Assembly: GCF_001194135.2 (NCBI RefSeq)
Contig: NC_068992.1
Span: 61,286,518 to 61,324,339, forward strand
DNA: 37,822 bases
Source of the DNA: Octopus bimaculoides
Taxonomy: Eukaryota
Direction of reading: 5' to 3'
This document shows positions 1-13,080 of the stretch, one piece after another. A program made the translations under genes and the position numbers. Under the pieces are notes generated by a model. The model ran no database searches, was not told where the DNA came from, and saw only the letters and a list, made by a program, of their open reading frames with translations. Within the stretch, counting starts at the first letter, position 1. Each line of letters starts with the position of its first letter.

Positions 1-1633
1 ATATATATATATATATCATTCTTGTCTTTTAGCGATGAGTTTCATTTTTTTTTTTTTATCTAATAGATCTTATGCATTATTTTCAACAGTTTGTTCATGA
101 ATTACTCTGAAAAAAATCATTTTCCAAATGGTTACTTATTGAATCTACTAAACAGAAGCTAACCTTCAACTGTGAATGCATTGCTAATTTCTTCGGATTA
201 AAACAGAAAATTATACTTATAAATAATATAATTTTTTAATTAATTACTTCTTAGTATTTTTAACTAATTATTTCTCCAATCAACATACTTTTCTTTTGTG
301 TTTTTTTTTTTTTTGTTTATTTTCTTCATTTTTAGGGTTATCATTTCAGTCATTGTTTCCCTCATCTCACCATCTCTTCTATTAATTCTTCTCTCCCAAA
401 ATTGCCTCATACAGAAAATTCTAAACAGAAATAAATTTTACATTGTTACTTAATTGTGGCAATAAATAGAAGAATTTGTTCATTTATTTTTCTATATATA
501 ACATTAACATCAACATGACACATTTGTCCATTATTGGGAGAAGCTTATCTTAGCTCCTTGTCTTGTAGTGAGCTACAGCCATTTTATTCTAGTACCAATT
601 ATAGAACTATATCTTATAAATAAAGTAACAAATGTTGTTATGTGCTTCTATTTGTATTCTCATACATGCAAAGAAATAATGTTGATACCGCAATTCTCAA
701 CTCATGAGGCAGACAATGACTGGATCAATGTTAACCTCTGATACTTTACACTCAAATTGTCATAAAACGATAACAATGACAACATTAATAATAATAATGA
801 TAATAATAATAGTTATTATCTCAAATTATTTCATCATCAAGGAGTGCAGAAGTTGAGTGACTAAAATTAGTTCACTTCCAGCCAGCTTGTGGGTCATAAA
901 GCTCTCATCTTGCTTAACATACAGTTTTGCACTTCACAAAACTTCTCTTGCTGAAAAGAAAAGAAGAAAAACATTTGGAAGGAAGAATCGTACTTAGTTA
1001 AATTATTATTATTTGTTATTGTTACTATCATTAATACTTTGTCAAGAATCTAAATACATATAAGGTAGTTAGTTTGAAGTCCTTTAAATTTAAAAGTTTT
1101 GTTGATAATAATAGCATTTAGCCTATTTTCTACAGTTGGATGCTCTTTCTATAACCAACAACACTAACAATGACACAATGTATATTATGTGCATTTTATC
1201 TTGTCTCCAGTACTACAGGGATTGTCTCAGGCAAAAGCGAATAAAAAGAGCAATCTACCCTGTGTCAGTTCTTATTGGGGAGTTACTGTTCAACTTGACT
1301 AGTAATCTGCAATGTGACTTGTGGAGTGTCCAGCTTTTACTTGTACATCTCATTATTGACATGTATAAGTTCGCTCTTTGGCATGTAGCGATAGCTTCCT
1401 CATTATGTCCAGATATTAAGCCATGTGTGAGACCATGGTTCAGTTGGGTCAAGGTTCATATATATGTAATTAATCATTAGTGCACTACTTCCCATCTTCC
1501 TTATAGTAGTGACATTATGCTTTACATTTCTCTTAGGTTCTTTTTTTTTTCTTATGTTTTTTTAACAAAAGCAAAGGTAAGCAGAATCAGTAAATTGACA
1601 AACAAAATACCTTACAGTATTTTGTTATGCCCC

Positions 1634-1713
1634 TTTATCTTCTGTGTTCAAATCCTGCCAAGGTTAACTTTGCCTTTCATCCTTCCAGGGGTCGATAAAA
1701 TAAAGTACCAATG
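1634..1713 (+). mobile_element. Partial family A SINE (B-box and central domain)
   Basis: GTTCAAATCCTGCCAAGGTTAACTTTGCCTTTCATCCTTCCAGGGGTCGATAAAATAAAGTACC. Confidence 0.75.
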
Positions 1714-2011
1714 AAGTAAACCTTCTCAATACAATTTGTAGTCTTCTGCTAATGTAAGAAATGATTGATTATTTTACTACTGATGGTTACCATTAGGCAG
1801 TGGTATATTCATGGCAAAACCAGTTTGGATTACCATTATTCAGAACTGATTTGCTCCAATTGCCATTGCCTATGTTCTCAAGAAGGGCAAGAGAATTCCA
1901 GCTACCTGTTAAATCCTACACATGAAATGTTAAAAACTCAAGCTTCATTTGTATGAAAGAAATTGTATTTACTACTGTCAATGGTGTGTTCTTTAAACTA
2001 TGTTTGCACAC

Positions 2012-2013
<2 letters not shown>

Positions 2014-2058
<45 letters not shown>

Positions 2059-2243
2059 AATGTCTGTATGTGAATTATGTATATATGTTTATATATCTAT
2101 GTACAAATATACATATGTATATAACTTTGTGTATGTGTGTATATGTATATATGTGTTTGTGTATATGTATATATCTATATATGTATTGCTGTGTGTGTGT
2201 ATATATGTATTTATGTGTGTACACTTTTGTGTGCACGTGTGTG

Positions 2244-2285
<42 letters not shown>

Positions 2286-2345
2286 CACACACATATGTTC
2301 ACGTGTACACACCCATATATGTGTGCATTTAAGTATGTGTATATG
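2014..2345. repeat. Compound (TA)n/(TG)n microsatellite
   Basis: Direct reading. It explains six overlapping spurious ORFs. Confidence 0.95.
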
Positions 2346-2571
2346 TACAAGGTTTGAATATTTCCCATACAATGTAAGATTATACCTTCATGGTATTGCC
2401 CTTGATCATAGCAGGCATTACTGAGGGTTTGTTTGTTTTTAGAAAGAAGCTTGTTTGACCAATCTGTTAACTCCCAACACTGCTCCCTCCACAAACAACA
2501 AAATAAGGAAAGAAATCAATGTTTTTCTCCATCATAAATTAACATAAAAATATGGATAAATCTGTGTGTGC

Positions 2572-2605
<34 letters not shown>

Positions 2606-3115
2606 GAGCATATACACAGTCCCTATTTTAAACAACAAACATATAATATTTTCTATGTTCAGTAAGAAAAAAAGAATTTCCAACCGATTTTTCTCTGTCT
2701 GTCTACAAAGTAGATACTTTGTATTGAAATTAGACCAAAATCTGTAACTGTACCCTGACAGGAATTCAGTCTAGAAACATTTGTGAACCCTAAAAGAAAG
2801 AAAAAATAAAGGAAACAAAAGACTTACATAAAAAAAAAATGCTATTAAAAAAATAGTAAGGATGAATGAAATACGTATATTTTCTGCATGAGCTAATTTA
2901 CAAAAAATAAAAAAATTAAAATTAGATTTTCGTAACAAGAAAAAATAAGAGAAAATTAGCAAAAAATTCAATATAATGATGGAAAATAATTTTTTTTTTT
3001 TTTTTTTNNNNNNNNNNNNNNNNNNNNNNNNNNNNNNNNNNNNNNNNNNNNNNNNNNNNNNNNNNNNNNNATTTATGAGAAAGACAATAAAAAAATATTA
3101 CCTGCTATTTGTTTA

Positions 3116-3146
<31 letters not shown>

Positions 3147-5870
3147 GAAGGTGATGAGCTGGCAGAATCGTTAGTATGGTGGACAAAATGCTTAGTGACA
3201 TTTCACCTGCTGCTACATTCTGAGATCAAATTCCACTGAGGTTGACTTTGTTTTTCATCCTTTCAGAGTCTATAAATTAAGTACCAGTGAAACACTGAGG
3301 TCAATGTAATTGATTCGTCCCCTGCCCCCAAATTTCAGACCTTGCGCCTTTACTAGAAAGGATTATTACTATTATTAAAGCAGTGAGCTGGCAGAATTGT
3401 TGGCATGCTGGATGGAAAGCTTAGCGACATTTCATCCTTCTATATAATCTGAGTTCAACTTTTACTTTCATCCTTTTGGAGTTGATAAAATAAGTACCAG
3501 TTGAGCACTTGAGTTGATATAATCAACTAGCTCCCTCCCATGAAATTTCAGGTCTTGTGCCTGTAGTAGAAAGGGTTATAATTATTAAGATGGCAAACTG
3601 ACAGAATCATTAGCATGTTGGACAAAATGCTTAGTAGCACTTCTTCCAATTCTTTGTTTTGAGTTCAAATACCTCCAAGGTTGACTTAGCCTTTCAACCC
3701 TTCAGGGTCTAGAAAATAAGTGCCATTTGAGCACTGGGGTCATTATAATCAACTTCCTGCTCCCCTTAAAATTGCTGGCCTTTTGTCTATAGTAAAATCG
3801 CTAGAATCATTAGCATGCTGGGTGAAATGATTAGTGACAGGTCTTCCATCCTTATGTTCTGAGTTCAAATTCTGCCAAGCTTGACTTTGCCTTTCATCCT
3901 TTCAGGGTGAATGAAATAAGCATCAGTTGAGCACATCATCTATCCTCCTCCCCCAAAGTTTCAGGCTTTATGCTTATAGTAATAAGGATTATCACTATTA
4001 TTATTAAGGCAATGAGCTGGTAGAACCATTAGCATGACAAGCAAAGTGCTTAGCAGTATTTTGTTCCAAGTTCAATTTCTACCATGGTCGACTTTACCTT
4101 TTGTCCTTTGTCCCACAATTTCAGGCCTTGTACCTATAGAAAGGATTATTATTATTATAGGTGGTGACCTGGTAGGACCATTAGCATGTCAGACAAATTG
4201 CTTAGTGGTATTTTTTCCAGCTTTAACAGTCTGAGTTTAAATCCTGCCAAGGTCAACCTTGCTTTTCATCATTTTGGAATCGATACAATAAAGTAACATT
4301 CTAGTACTGGAGTTGATATCATTGACTTATTCTTTGCCTTCAAGATTGTTGGCCTTGTGCCTAAATTACAAGCAATTGTTATAAAGTTCCACATTGATCT
4401 TGCCAAAGGGTTCATATCACAAGATTTAGTGACAAGTCTGCTCACTTCTCAAGGACTTGATAAGGAATTCTTAAAAACAGGTGAATATTGATGGTTATGA
4501 ATATACTTAAATGTATAAAAGTGGAAAAACAGAATATATCATTGGTTTTTTTAGGCTTAAAAAATGGGATCACATTGCACTGGAGTTTGTACGGTAAGTT
4601 CTCTTAAATTTCAAGTTCAAATCCTACCAGGGTTGACTTAGCCCTCTGTTCTGGAATTGATAAAGTAAGGTACCAACCATGTAAGTAGTTATATAACTAT
4701 ATACTGCCTCTCCCCCACAACCAAGGGGATGGTCTATGTTGGAAGTCATCATCATCATCTTCATCAGCATTACTATCATCATCTTTATTAAGGCAGTGAG
4801 CTGGCAGAATCATCAGAGAAGTAGACAAAATGCCTTGTATTTCTTTCAATTCATTATGTTCTGAGTTCAGATTCCTCCAGGGTTGATAAAATAAAGTACC
4901 AGTCTAGTTCTGGGTTTGATAATATTGACTTGCCCTGCTACCCTCAAAACTGCTGGTTTTATGCCTAAATTAGAAACATTTATTGTTAAGACAATAAGTT
5001 GGCAGAATCGTTGGTGAGTTGGACAAAATGTTTAGAAGCATTTCCTGCACTTTATGTTCTGTGTTCATATCCCACCAAGGGACTTTCATCTTTTCAGGGT
5101 TGATAAAATAAGTACCAGTTGAGCACTAGGGTCAATGTAATTGACTAACTCCTTCCCCTTCAACTGCTGGATTTATGCTAAAATTTGAAACCATTCTGGT
5201 GGTGAGCTGGCAGAATTGTTAGCATGCCAGACAAAATGTTAAGCAGCATTTTCATTTGTCTTTGTGTTCCAAGTTCAAATTCCACTGTGGTCAACTTTGC
5301 CTTTCATCCTTTTGGAGCCAATAAAATAGGTACCAGTTGAGCACTTGGGTTGATGTAATTGACTAGCTCCTCCTCAAAACATCAGGTATTATAGTAGAAA
5401 GAATTATTATTATTAAAGTGGCAATCTAGCAGAATCGTTAGCATACTGGGAAAAATGCCTGTCAGTATTTTGCCTGTCGCTACATTCTGAGTTCAAATTC
5501 TGCCGAGGTTGATTTTTGCCTTTCATCTTTTTGAGGTCAATAAAATAAGTACCACTTGAATGCTGGGGTCAATGTAATTGACTTAACCCCTCTCCCAAAA
5601 TTGCTGCCCTAGTGGCAAAATTTGAAACCATTATTATCATTATTAGGGTGGCTAGTTGGCAGAATCATTTATACACCAGCCAAAATGCTGGTATTTCAGA
5701 ATGCAAAGTATGAAAATGCTTAGTGGTATTTTGTCCATCTTTATGTTCTGAGTTCAAATTCTTTCATGGTCAGTAAACTTAAATAGCAGTTGAGCATGAA
5801 TCAATATAAGTGAATAGCCTCCTTTCCTAAAATTTCAGACATTGTGCCTTTACTAGGAAGGATTATTATT
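3147..5870 (+). mobile_element. Head-to-tail array of about 12 copies of a ~210-230 bp tRNA-headed SINE (family A)
   Basis: Repeating unit AAGG..GAGCTGGCAGAATCGTTAGC (A-box-like), GAGTTCAAAT (B-box-like), GGTCRACTTTGCCTTTCATCCTTT..GG.TCGATAAAATAAGTACCAG, with (ATT)n between units. Some units are deleted internally. A non-repeat interruption lies at about 4380-4570. The central part resembles the MetaSINE/Sauria-type domain as I recall it (unverified). Confidence 0.88.
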
Positions 5871-6078
5871 TAAACAATCTGAAGTCTTTAGTTACCATAT
5901 TTCCCAGCTTACAAATTAACATAATATATAGTGTAAATAGTCAAACATCATTATTGTCTTCCTTAGTCCTGCTGCATTTCATATGGAATCTTTGATCCTC
6001 CAAGTTTGTCTTGGTGTGTAAGTTAAACAACCTTTATTTGACTGTAAATTTTGGTCTGAAAAATTCAACTTGCTGCTA

Positions 6079-6236
6079 TTAGCCATTTAGCACTCAGATT
6101 ACTATCAAATGTGTAATGCATAATTTATTTATTCACATTGTTTTGAATTAATCATGCATTATCTTGTAACTTTGATTGTATATATCAGGTAGAATATTTG
6201 GGCCAGATATGGCTGGTTTAAATGTTAAAGGGTGAA
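6079..6236. mobile_element. Degenerate MITE with TTAACCCTTTAGCA-like ends (piggyBac-type)
   Basis: Left TTAGCCATTTAGCACT and right AATGTTAAAGGGTGAA are imperfect inverted repeats. Confidence 0.5.
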
Positions 6237-7349
6237 ATACAGTGTTTTCCTGTATACTTTTTCAGCTTTCTAGAGTCATATACTGAGATTTTAGAAATGT
6301 GTGTTCTTTTGCCAGTAGAAGGAATCACCACCTATCATCATCATTGTCATCATTACCATTGTAATTATCATCATCATCAGTATTATTTTTGCAGACTGTA
6401 AAACTGGTGTGGTTGATTGAAAGCTAGATTGGATGTTAATGCTATAAAGTACTCACAGTTTGGTATTTAAACTGCTTTGGTTTCAAATTCTGCTCAAGTT
6501 AAGGTTTGTTTTTTATCTCTCTACGTGCAGAGTTGGTGGGATGGGGATCCAATTAAATATGTAACATTTAATACTGGGGATAAATTTTACAACAAACTAT
6601 ATCAGATCCTTTACAAAATACATCTTAGACATCATCATTCTTATCATCATCATCATCATCAACTCTTTCTTGTTCTGCCAATAACATTGTTACATTACTG
6701 GAGGATGCAAGCTGTTATCCATTGATTTAATTAGTACATTGTTGTTCCTTGTTATAAATTAACATGTTTTCTCTGCCCATTGTTTTCTTTATTATCTAAT
6801 ACTTAATGGCATCAAAAATTAATTAAAAAAAAAGGAAAAGTTAATTCAATATTCTATTTACCATTAACCCTCATCATTATATTTTAACATTAGTTATTAT
6901 ATTTTGTTTTTAAACAAGTTAATTACTAAAATACTTAACATTTAATTTGGAAAAAATAATCATTTAATTTTGTTTTTCATTCAATTGTTGAAGATGTTAA
7001 TTTATTGAAGCTATAAAGGGCAATAAATGTTGGTAAAAGTGACAATTTAACTTCTATTTTTCAATGTTGTAAATAATACTGGTAAGCATTGAAGTATTAC
7101 TGGAAATCCTCAACTGTAGGTTTTGGTTTAACTCACAAGCCATTATACCTCAGTTAGGTTACCAGTATTATTGAGAAGGGCATGGACATTACATTGATGT
7201 GTCTTTCTAATAAGATTAAATGTGTGCTTGTGTGTAACTGTCAATTACATTTTAATTTTTTCATATGCATTTAAAGCACATTTTAGATTATTTTTGGGAA
7301 GGAAAGCTAGCATGTTTTGCTAGATGTGTAGTGTTAACGTAAATGAATG

Positions 7350-7615
7350 ACAGCACAGATGAGCCCAAGAGAAAAATAATGTATTTAAGAGGAATTAGAG
7401 GTCATCTGCAAGAATGATCACACAGGCTGCAGACAGGGAATGCATAAGAAGGATTAGTGTTTAATAAAGCGACAAATGTTCTGTGCAAAAGGATCCTGTA
7501 GAAGACCAAAGAAGAAACAGTTAAATCTGATCTCAGAATGCAGAACTTCACAAAGGAAACGGGTAACAAATGACTAATACATGGTGATAAACTGTACTGG
7601 GGAAGATCAGTTTAA
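7350..7615 (+). mobile_element. Decayed RTE LINE 3' coding end
   Basis: Broken frames give G.C.RPKK...KSDLRM.NFTKE...W..TVLGK, which resembles the RTE ORF C-terminus. Confidence 0.55.
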
Positions 7616-7791
7616 TTGATGCAAAAAAAAATAAGTGAAAATGGACCTAAATTAATGATGATTAATAATTTGTTTATCATTTATTGCTATTATGTTGATA
7701 CCATTCTTAAATTTTCCTCAACATTAAACTATTTCTGAAATAATGAAATCAATATGTCATCAGCATTATCATTATTATTATTAATATTATT

Positions 7792-8220
7792 AGGGTAGTG
7801 AGCTAGCAGAATAGTTAGCTTGTTGAAGAAAATACTTAGTGGCATTTCTTCTGAGGTCAAATTTTGCTGAGGTCAATATTGCCTTTCATCCTTTCTAGGT
7901 TGATAAGATAAGTACCTTCTGAGCACGGGGCTTGATATAATTGACTAGCCTCCACCCTCAAAATTTCAGACCTTGTACCTATTAGCAGAAAGAAGTATCA
8001 TTATTAAATTGGTTATCCAGTAGAATTATTAGAACATTGGACAAAGTGCAAAGCAGCATTCCTTCCAACTTTTTACGTTCTGAGTTCAAATTCCACCAAG
8101 GCCAACTTTTCCTATCATTCTTTGGGGGTCAATAAAATACCAGCTGAGTACAGGGGTTGATGCAATCAACTTTCCCTTTCCTCCAAACTTTCAGGCCTTC
8201 TACCTATAGTAGAAAGGATT
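7792..8220 (+). mobile_element. Two tandem family A SINE copies followed by (ATT)n
   Basis: Same head, central and tail motifs as the 3147-5870 units. Confidence 0.85.
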
Positions 8221-8221
8221 A

Positions 8222-8229
8222 TAATAATG

Positions 8230-8279
<50 letters not shown>

Positions 8280-8308
8280 CTTCATCAGTATATATNNNNN
8301 NNNNNNNN

Positions 8309-8348
<40 letters not shown>

Positions 8349-8360
8349 TATATATATGTC
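8222..8360. repeat. (ATT)n followed by (TA)n with a small gap
   Basis: Direct reading. Confidence 0.95.
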
Positions 8361-9117
8361 CATCCATTCCGTTAGTAGGAGAAAGTGTTGAATCCAGTCA
8401 TAAAGATCTTCAACAGGTAAAACCTCAGCCACAATTTTGTTCAGTATATTGTATGTGATCATAAAGTAGGAAGAATGCTGTAAACCCACATGAGCATGGG
8501 GAAAAAAATGGAACATAAAATGAACATAAAAATAGTTGTTGATAACGATGATGACTTATTATTTATTATTATTTTTAAAATAATTCCTATTCAGTTGTCT
8601 CTAATTTTTCTCTCTCTTTCAATGGTTTTTGCAGATTCAATCTTCCTGATTTTTGCCTATTTTTGCCCCAGCTTGAGTCAACTTTGGTTACTGTTATTAT
8701 TTTTGTCTCCATAAAATTGCTTTTTATTTTATTTTTCTAAAAGATTGTTATTTATTATACTTCGATGTGTAATTGCTGTATAATTCGCTTCCATTTCGGC
8801 TACCATTTTTTTTATCTGATTGTTTATTATATTCTTTTTGTTGTTTTTTGTCATTTTGTTAATTTATTATTTTGAAAATGTCCTTATTTATCATCATACC
8901 ATCTGTCTGTATGTGTTGTGAAGGGAATCATTTTTAACTCAGAGTTAAGTGTTAAATGCAAAAAAAAAAATGTTTAAAGAAGGACAAAAGACTTCAACAG
9001 TGAAACAACTCAATCAAGGAGAAAAAAAATGTTTTCTTCTGTTTCCTGTGATTCATAATGTCAGTATTTTCATCCCTTCAAGACTACCATTCTCTTCATT
9101 TTCATATTATTGTTATT

Positions 9118-10390
9118 AAGGCAGCAAGCTGGCATAATCGTTAGCATGCTAAACAAAATGCTTAGCCGCATTTCATCCACTCTTATGTTCTGTGTTCCAA
9201 ATTCCACTGAGATCAACTTTACTTTTCATCTTTCAGGGTTGATAAAATAAGAACCATTTTAGCACCAGGGTTGATGTTATCAACATATCTCCTCCCCCGA
9301 ACTTGCCGGCCTTGCGTCAAAATTTGAAACCATTATCATCATCATTCAGGAAGGCAGTGAGCTGGCAGAATTGTTAGCACACCAGGTGAAATGCTTAGCA
9401 GTATTTCATCTGTCTTCACGTTCTGAGTTCAAATGTCGCCATGGTCGACTTTGCCTTTCATCCTAAAACTTCAGGCCTTGTGCCTGTAACAGAAAGGATT
9501 ATTACCATCATTGAGGCAGTGGGCTGGCAGAATGATTACTGCACCAGACAAAATACTTTGCAGCATTTCTTCCAGTTCTTAACATTCTGAGTTCAAATGT
9601 CACCGAGGTCAACTTTACCTTTCATCCTTTCAAGGCTGATAAAATTAAGTAATTGTCGAACCCTGGGATATCATCAGCCATCCCCTCCCTTAAAATTGCT
9701 AGCCTTTTGCCAAAATTAGAAAAAATATTAAGACAGCTGGCTGGTAGAATCGTTAATGCATTGAACACAATGGTTAGTGGCATTTCTTCTGGCTCTTTGT
9801 TTTGAGTTCGAATTCCTCTGAGGCTGACTTTGCCTTTCATCCTTTTGGGGGATCAATAAAATAAATACCAGTTGAACACTGGGGTCAACATATTTAACTT
9901 TCCCCGCCTCCCATCATAATTGCTGGCCTTGTGCTTAAATTATAACGGATAGATATTATCATTATGGCTAGCATGCTGGGCGAAATGCTTAGTGGCATTT
10001 CGTCTGTCTTCGTGTTCTGAGTTCAAATTCTGCTGAGATCGTTTTTGCCTTTCATCCTTTCAGGGTTGTGAAAACAAGTACCTGTTGAACACTGGGGTCG
10101 GTGTAATCGACTTACCCCTGTCCCAGAATTGCTGGCCATGTACTAAAATTTGAAATCAATATTACTATTATTATGACTGGTGAGTAATCAGAAATGTAAG
10201 AGCATCAGCCGGAGTGCCTCACAGTATTTAGTCTCCCTCTTCTTAATGTTCTAAGTTCAAATCTTGCTGACATTGATTTTGATGCTTTCATTTCCCATCA
10301 GTGTCAACAAGGATACCAGTCATATATTGAAACCAGTTCAATAAACTGTGTCTACCCCTGACACATTTAAAACCCTGTGCCAATGAGAAT
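9118..10390 (+). mobile_element. Head-to-tail array of about 6 family A SINE copies
   Basis: Units start near 9118, 9351, 9513, 9729, 9965 (5' truncated) and 10175 (old and diverged). Confidence 0.87.
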
Positions 10391-10539
10391 TTCATTTATA
10401 ACCATCCGTTATCATCCATCATCATTGTCATCATCACCAGTACTACTATCATATTTATTGTCATCATTATTGCCTTCACAATGTTGTGTGCTCAAATGCT
10501 TTATGTCTGTCATTGTTTCTGCTTCATCTATTTCTATCC

Positions 10540-10553
10540 CTCTCTCTTCCTCC

Positions 10554-10601
<48 letters not shown>
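10540..10601. repeat. (CT)n microsatellite
   Basis: Direct reading. Confidence 0.95.
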
Positions 10602-10603
<2 letters not shown>

Positions 10604-10980
10604 TTCATTGTTTTTGTAAGCCATTATATTTAAGTTTCACGAATCATATTTAATTTTGTCTGTAAATAAAAAATAAAGCCATCGAAGTTTGTTCTTTTTA
10701 ACAAACAAACAAACAAACAGGACTCACAAAAATAAAGAAGGAATGAAAGTTAAAAAAAAGGAATTAAAGTGAAAAAAAAAAAAAAAAATGAAAAGAAGGA
10801 AACAAGAATCAGAACTTTGTTTTGTTGAGATTCTTCAAATGGAATCACCAGTACCCCACAAGAAATGACTGTTTAAATTTTTGTTTTGTTTTGAGCCAAA
10901 CATGAAGTAAAACTTCAGATATTTCAGCCAACAGTAATGAGTGTTTTGTGTTTTTTTTTTTTTTGTGATATATATATATC

Positions 10981-11262
10981 TTTTATCCTTTACTTGTTTT
11001 AGTCAGTAGACTGTAGCCATGCTGGGGCATTGCCTTGAAGGGTTTAGGTGAACAAATCAACACCAGTTCTTAATGATCTTTTTTAAAGTCTGGTACTTTT
11101 TCTGATCCACACTAAGTTTCCATCTACCAAATCCACTCACAAGACTTTGGTCGGCCCGAGGCTATAGTAGAAGACACTTGCCCAAGATGCCACACAGTGG
11201 GACTGAACCCGGAACCATGCGGTTCGTAAGCAAACTATTTACCACACAGCCACTCCTACGCC
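10981..11262 (-). mobile_element. tRNA-headed SINE family B (CORE-like)
   Basis: The minus strand starts GGCGTAGGAGTGGCTGTGTGGTAA...GGTTCAGTCCC (B box), then GGCATCTTGGGCAAGTGTCTT (CORE-like), with tail ACAAGTAAAGGATAAAAG. CpGs are retained. Confidence 0.85.
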
Positions 11263-12369
11263 TATATATATATATGAAATAAATAAAACATTATCGCAAC
11301 ATGGCTGCAATTTAATGACTGGAACAAGTAAAAGAATGTGTGTGTGTGTGTACATACACACACATATATATGGTATTTTTCTTTTTTTGCTTTTCAGTTA
11401 TATTTTATTGCAACTCTGCTGCTCATGATGAGAGATGCACATATTGTCAACCACTAAGGGACATGCTCAAATGCTTAAGGTCAAGTAACTGAGAGAAAAT
11501 TTGATATTGAGCAGAAAATTTGCTATAACAATATTTCTGCTTCAGCAATTCGGCACTGAATCTGTCTGAAATGTAATGGAAAATAGGTCAGTTTCAAAAC
11601 ATTGATGTTCCGGTCACAAAAGCAAAGTTTGAATGGAATAGTAATCATTTCCTTTTATTGCTAGATACAGTGTCTCCACTCCATTAACCTTGACTGATAC
11701 TATATATATATTTAACCCATACTTTATCATCCAAACAAATAATTTGGCTCTTTGTTCATTTTCTGGCATTGTAAGTTATATATATGTGTGTGTGTCTGTG
11801 TAAGATCCAAAGATTGAGGTGTAGGAAGAAAGTTAGCTTCAAGCAATCCATAGTAAATATAAAACCAACTTTCAGGGACAATGGTGGTTTATGTAAGTGG
11901 AAGGTTGAGGAGTGTTTAGTAAGGAAGTATGATAAGCTGAAGAAAATTCTCCTTATATTTCATGGTAGGCAACAAGGGTTGCTGGGTATTCTATCTACTC
12001 CATTCCTTACATGTGTGTGTGTGTGTGTGCCAACCCGTCAAATGTGCTCCACCTACCCCTATATAAATTTTTACCCACCAGACTCTTGCTGCCTTACTCA
12101 TCTCATATACTTTGGGGCCAAGGGACATAATTCCTGATAAATCCCTTGTTCATTTGCTTCCTTACTCTGTTTCATCTTTTTTCACAACACCCATGAATTA
12201 GATGTAACATTTTTCTCCTTCAGACACAGAGAACAATCCCTGAAGAGTGTGTGTCTTGCTTAACCACACTGTGATCTAATATCTGGTTATCTAATACCCA
12301 GTGCAAAAACCAACTGGTAAAGTGGGTCTATTTCATTGTCATCATTTATCATACACCTGCAGTACATTG

Positions 12370-12640
12370 ATGACACTACAACAAAAGTCTTCCCATTTCA
12401 GCATGAGCTCCTTATCTTGCCACTCTTTTCCCCACCAGCTCTTAATATTGTCCATCCATTACATTCTTTGCCTGCCTCTTGATCTACTGCCCTCTACTCT
12501 TCCCTCCATGATAATATTTTCCGAACCTCTGCTTCTTCAAGTATGGGCATAATAGATGAACTTCTGTTTTATTCCAACGTTCAGTTGTCATCATTCACCT
12601 GCTCATTGTGACATCCATTCATTTGTCCAATGATCTTTGT
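12370..12640 (-). mobile_element. Decayed RTE/BovB-like LINE 3' coding end
   Basis: The minus strand reads ENIIMEGRVEGSRSRGRQRM*WMDNIK, matching the G.IEG.R.RGRQR.RW.D.I RTE C-terminal pattern. Confidence 0.75.
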
Positions 12641-12972
12641 AAGAGACTCAATGTTCTCCTTTTAAACCCACATTTCAAACACATTATGTTCTCTTCAAAT
12701 TTGTTCAGAGTCCATACATTGATTAATGTAGTATGTGTGTATATGTGTGCTATCATTTCATCATCAATTTAATATCCACTTTTAGTTCATACATGTAATG
12801 AGACAGAACTTGATTTTCGATCAGCAGGTGGTTGCTAACCTTAACCTGTTTCCAAGGGGGGTAGTATTTCCCCATAGCCAGATCTTTGCAAGGAAGACAA
12901 GGAAGATTAGAGATGAATGACACAATGCTTCTGAGATAGTGGAAAAGTGGTCAATAAAATGATGAGGATGAT

Positions 12973-13080
12973 AGGCTTCTTTCAGTTTCCCCTCTGACAA
13001 ATCCACTCACCAGATTATGGTTGCCTCAGGACTTAACTACAAAATACTTGTCTAAGGTAGCATGCTGTAAGACTGAACCT
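12973..13080 (-). mobile_element. Old partial family B SINE
   Basis: GGCTTCTTTCAGTTTCC..CAAATCCACTCAC matches the other family B copies. Confidence 0.6.

Noticed and set aside
1136-1480. 114-aa ORF behind a good-looking acceptor (TTTTCTACAG)
   Set aside because: It starts at TTG, has no recognisable motif on either strand and no convincing donor or partner exon. It is more likely decayed repeat sequence.
2000-2494. Cluster of overlapping ORFs rich in Y/I/V/C/H/T
   Set aside because: These are translations of (TA)n/(TG)n microsatellites. The same applies at 16574-17481, 17850-18133, 22716-22997 and 29082-29564.
3147-5870. Regularly spaced repeats resembling a CRISPR array or tRNA cluster
   Set aside because: Units are ~220-bp diverged SINEs without unique spacers or cas genes. 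The heads have A/B boxes but no complete cloverleaf, so no tRNA genes are called.
11784-12137. 117-aa ORF
   Set aside because: It has no recognisable family, includes (TG)n runs and has no splice links. It may be old LINE debris, but I cannot support that call.
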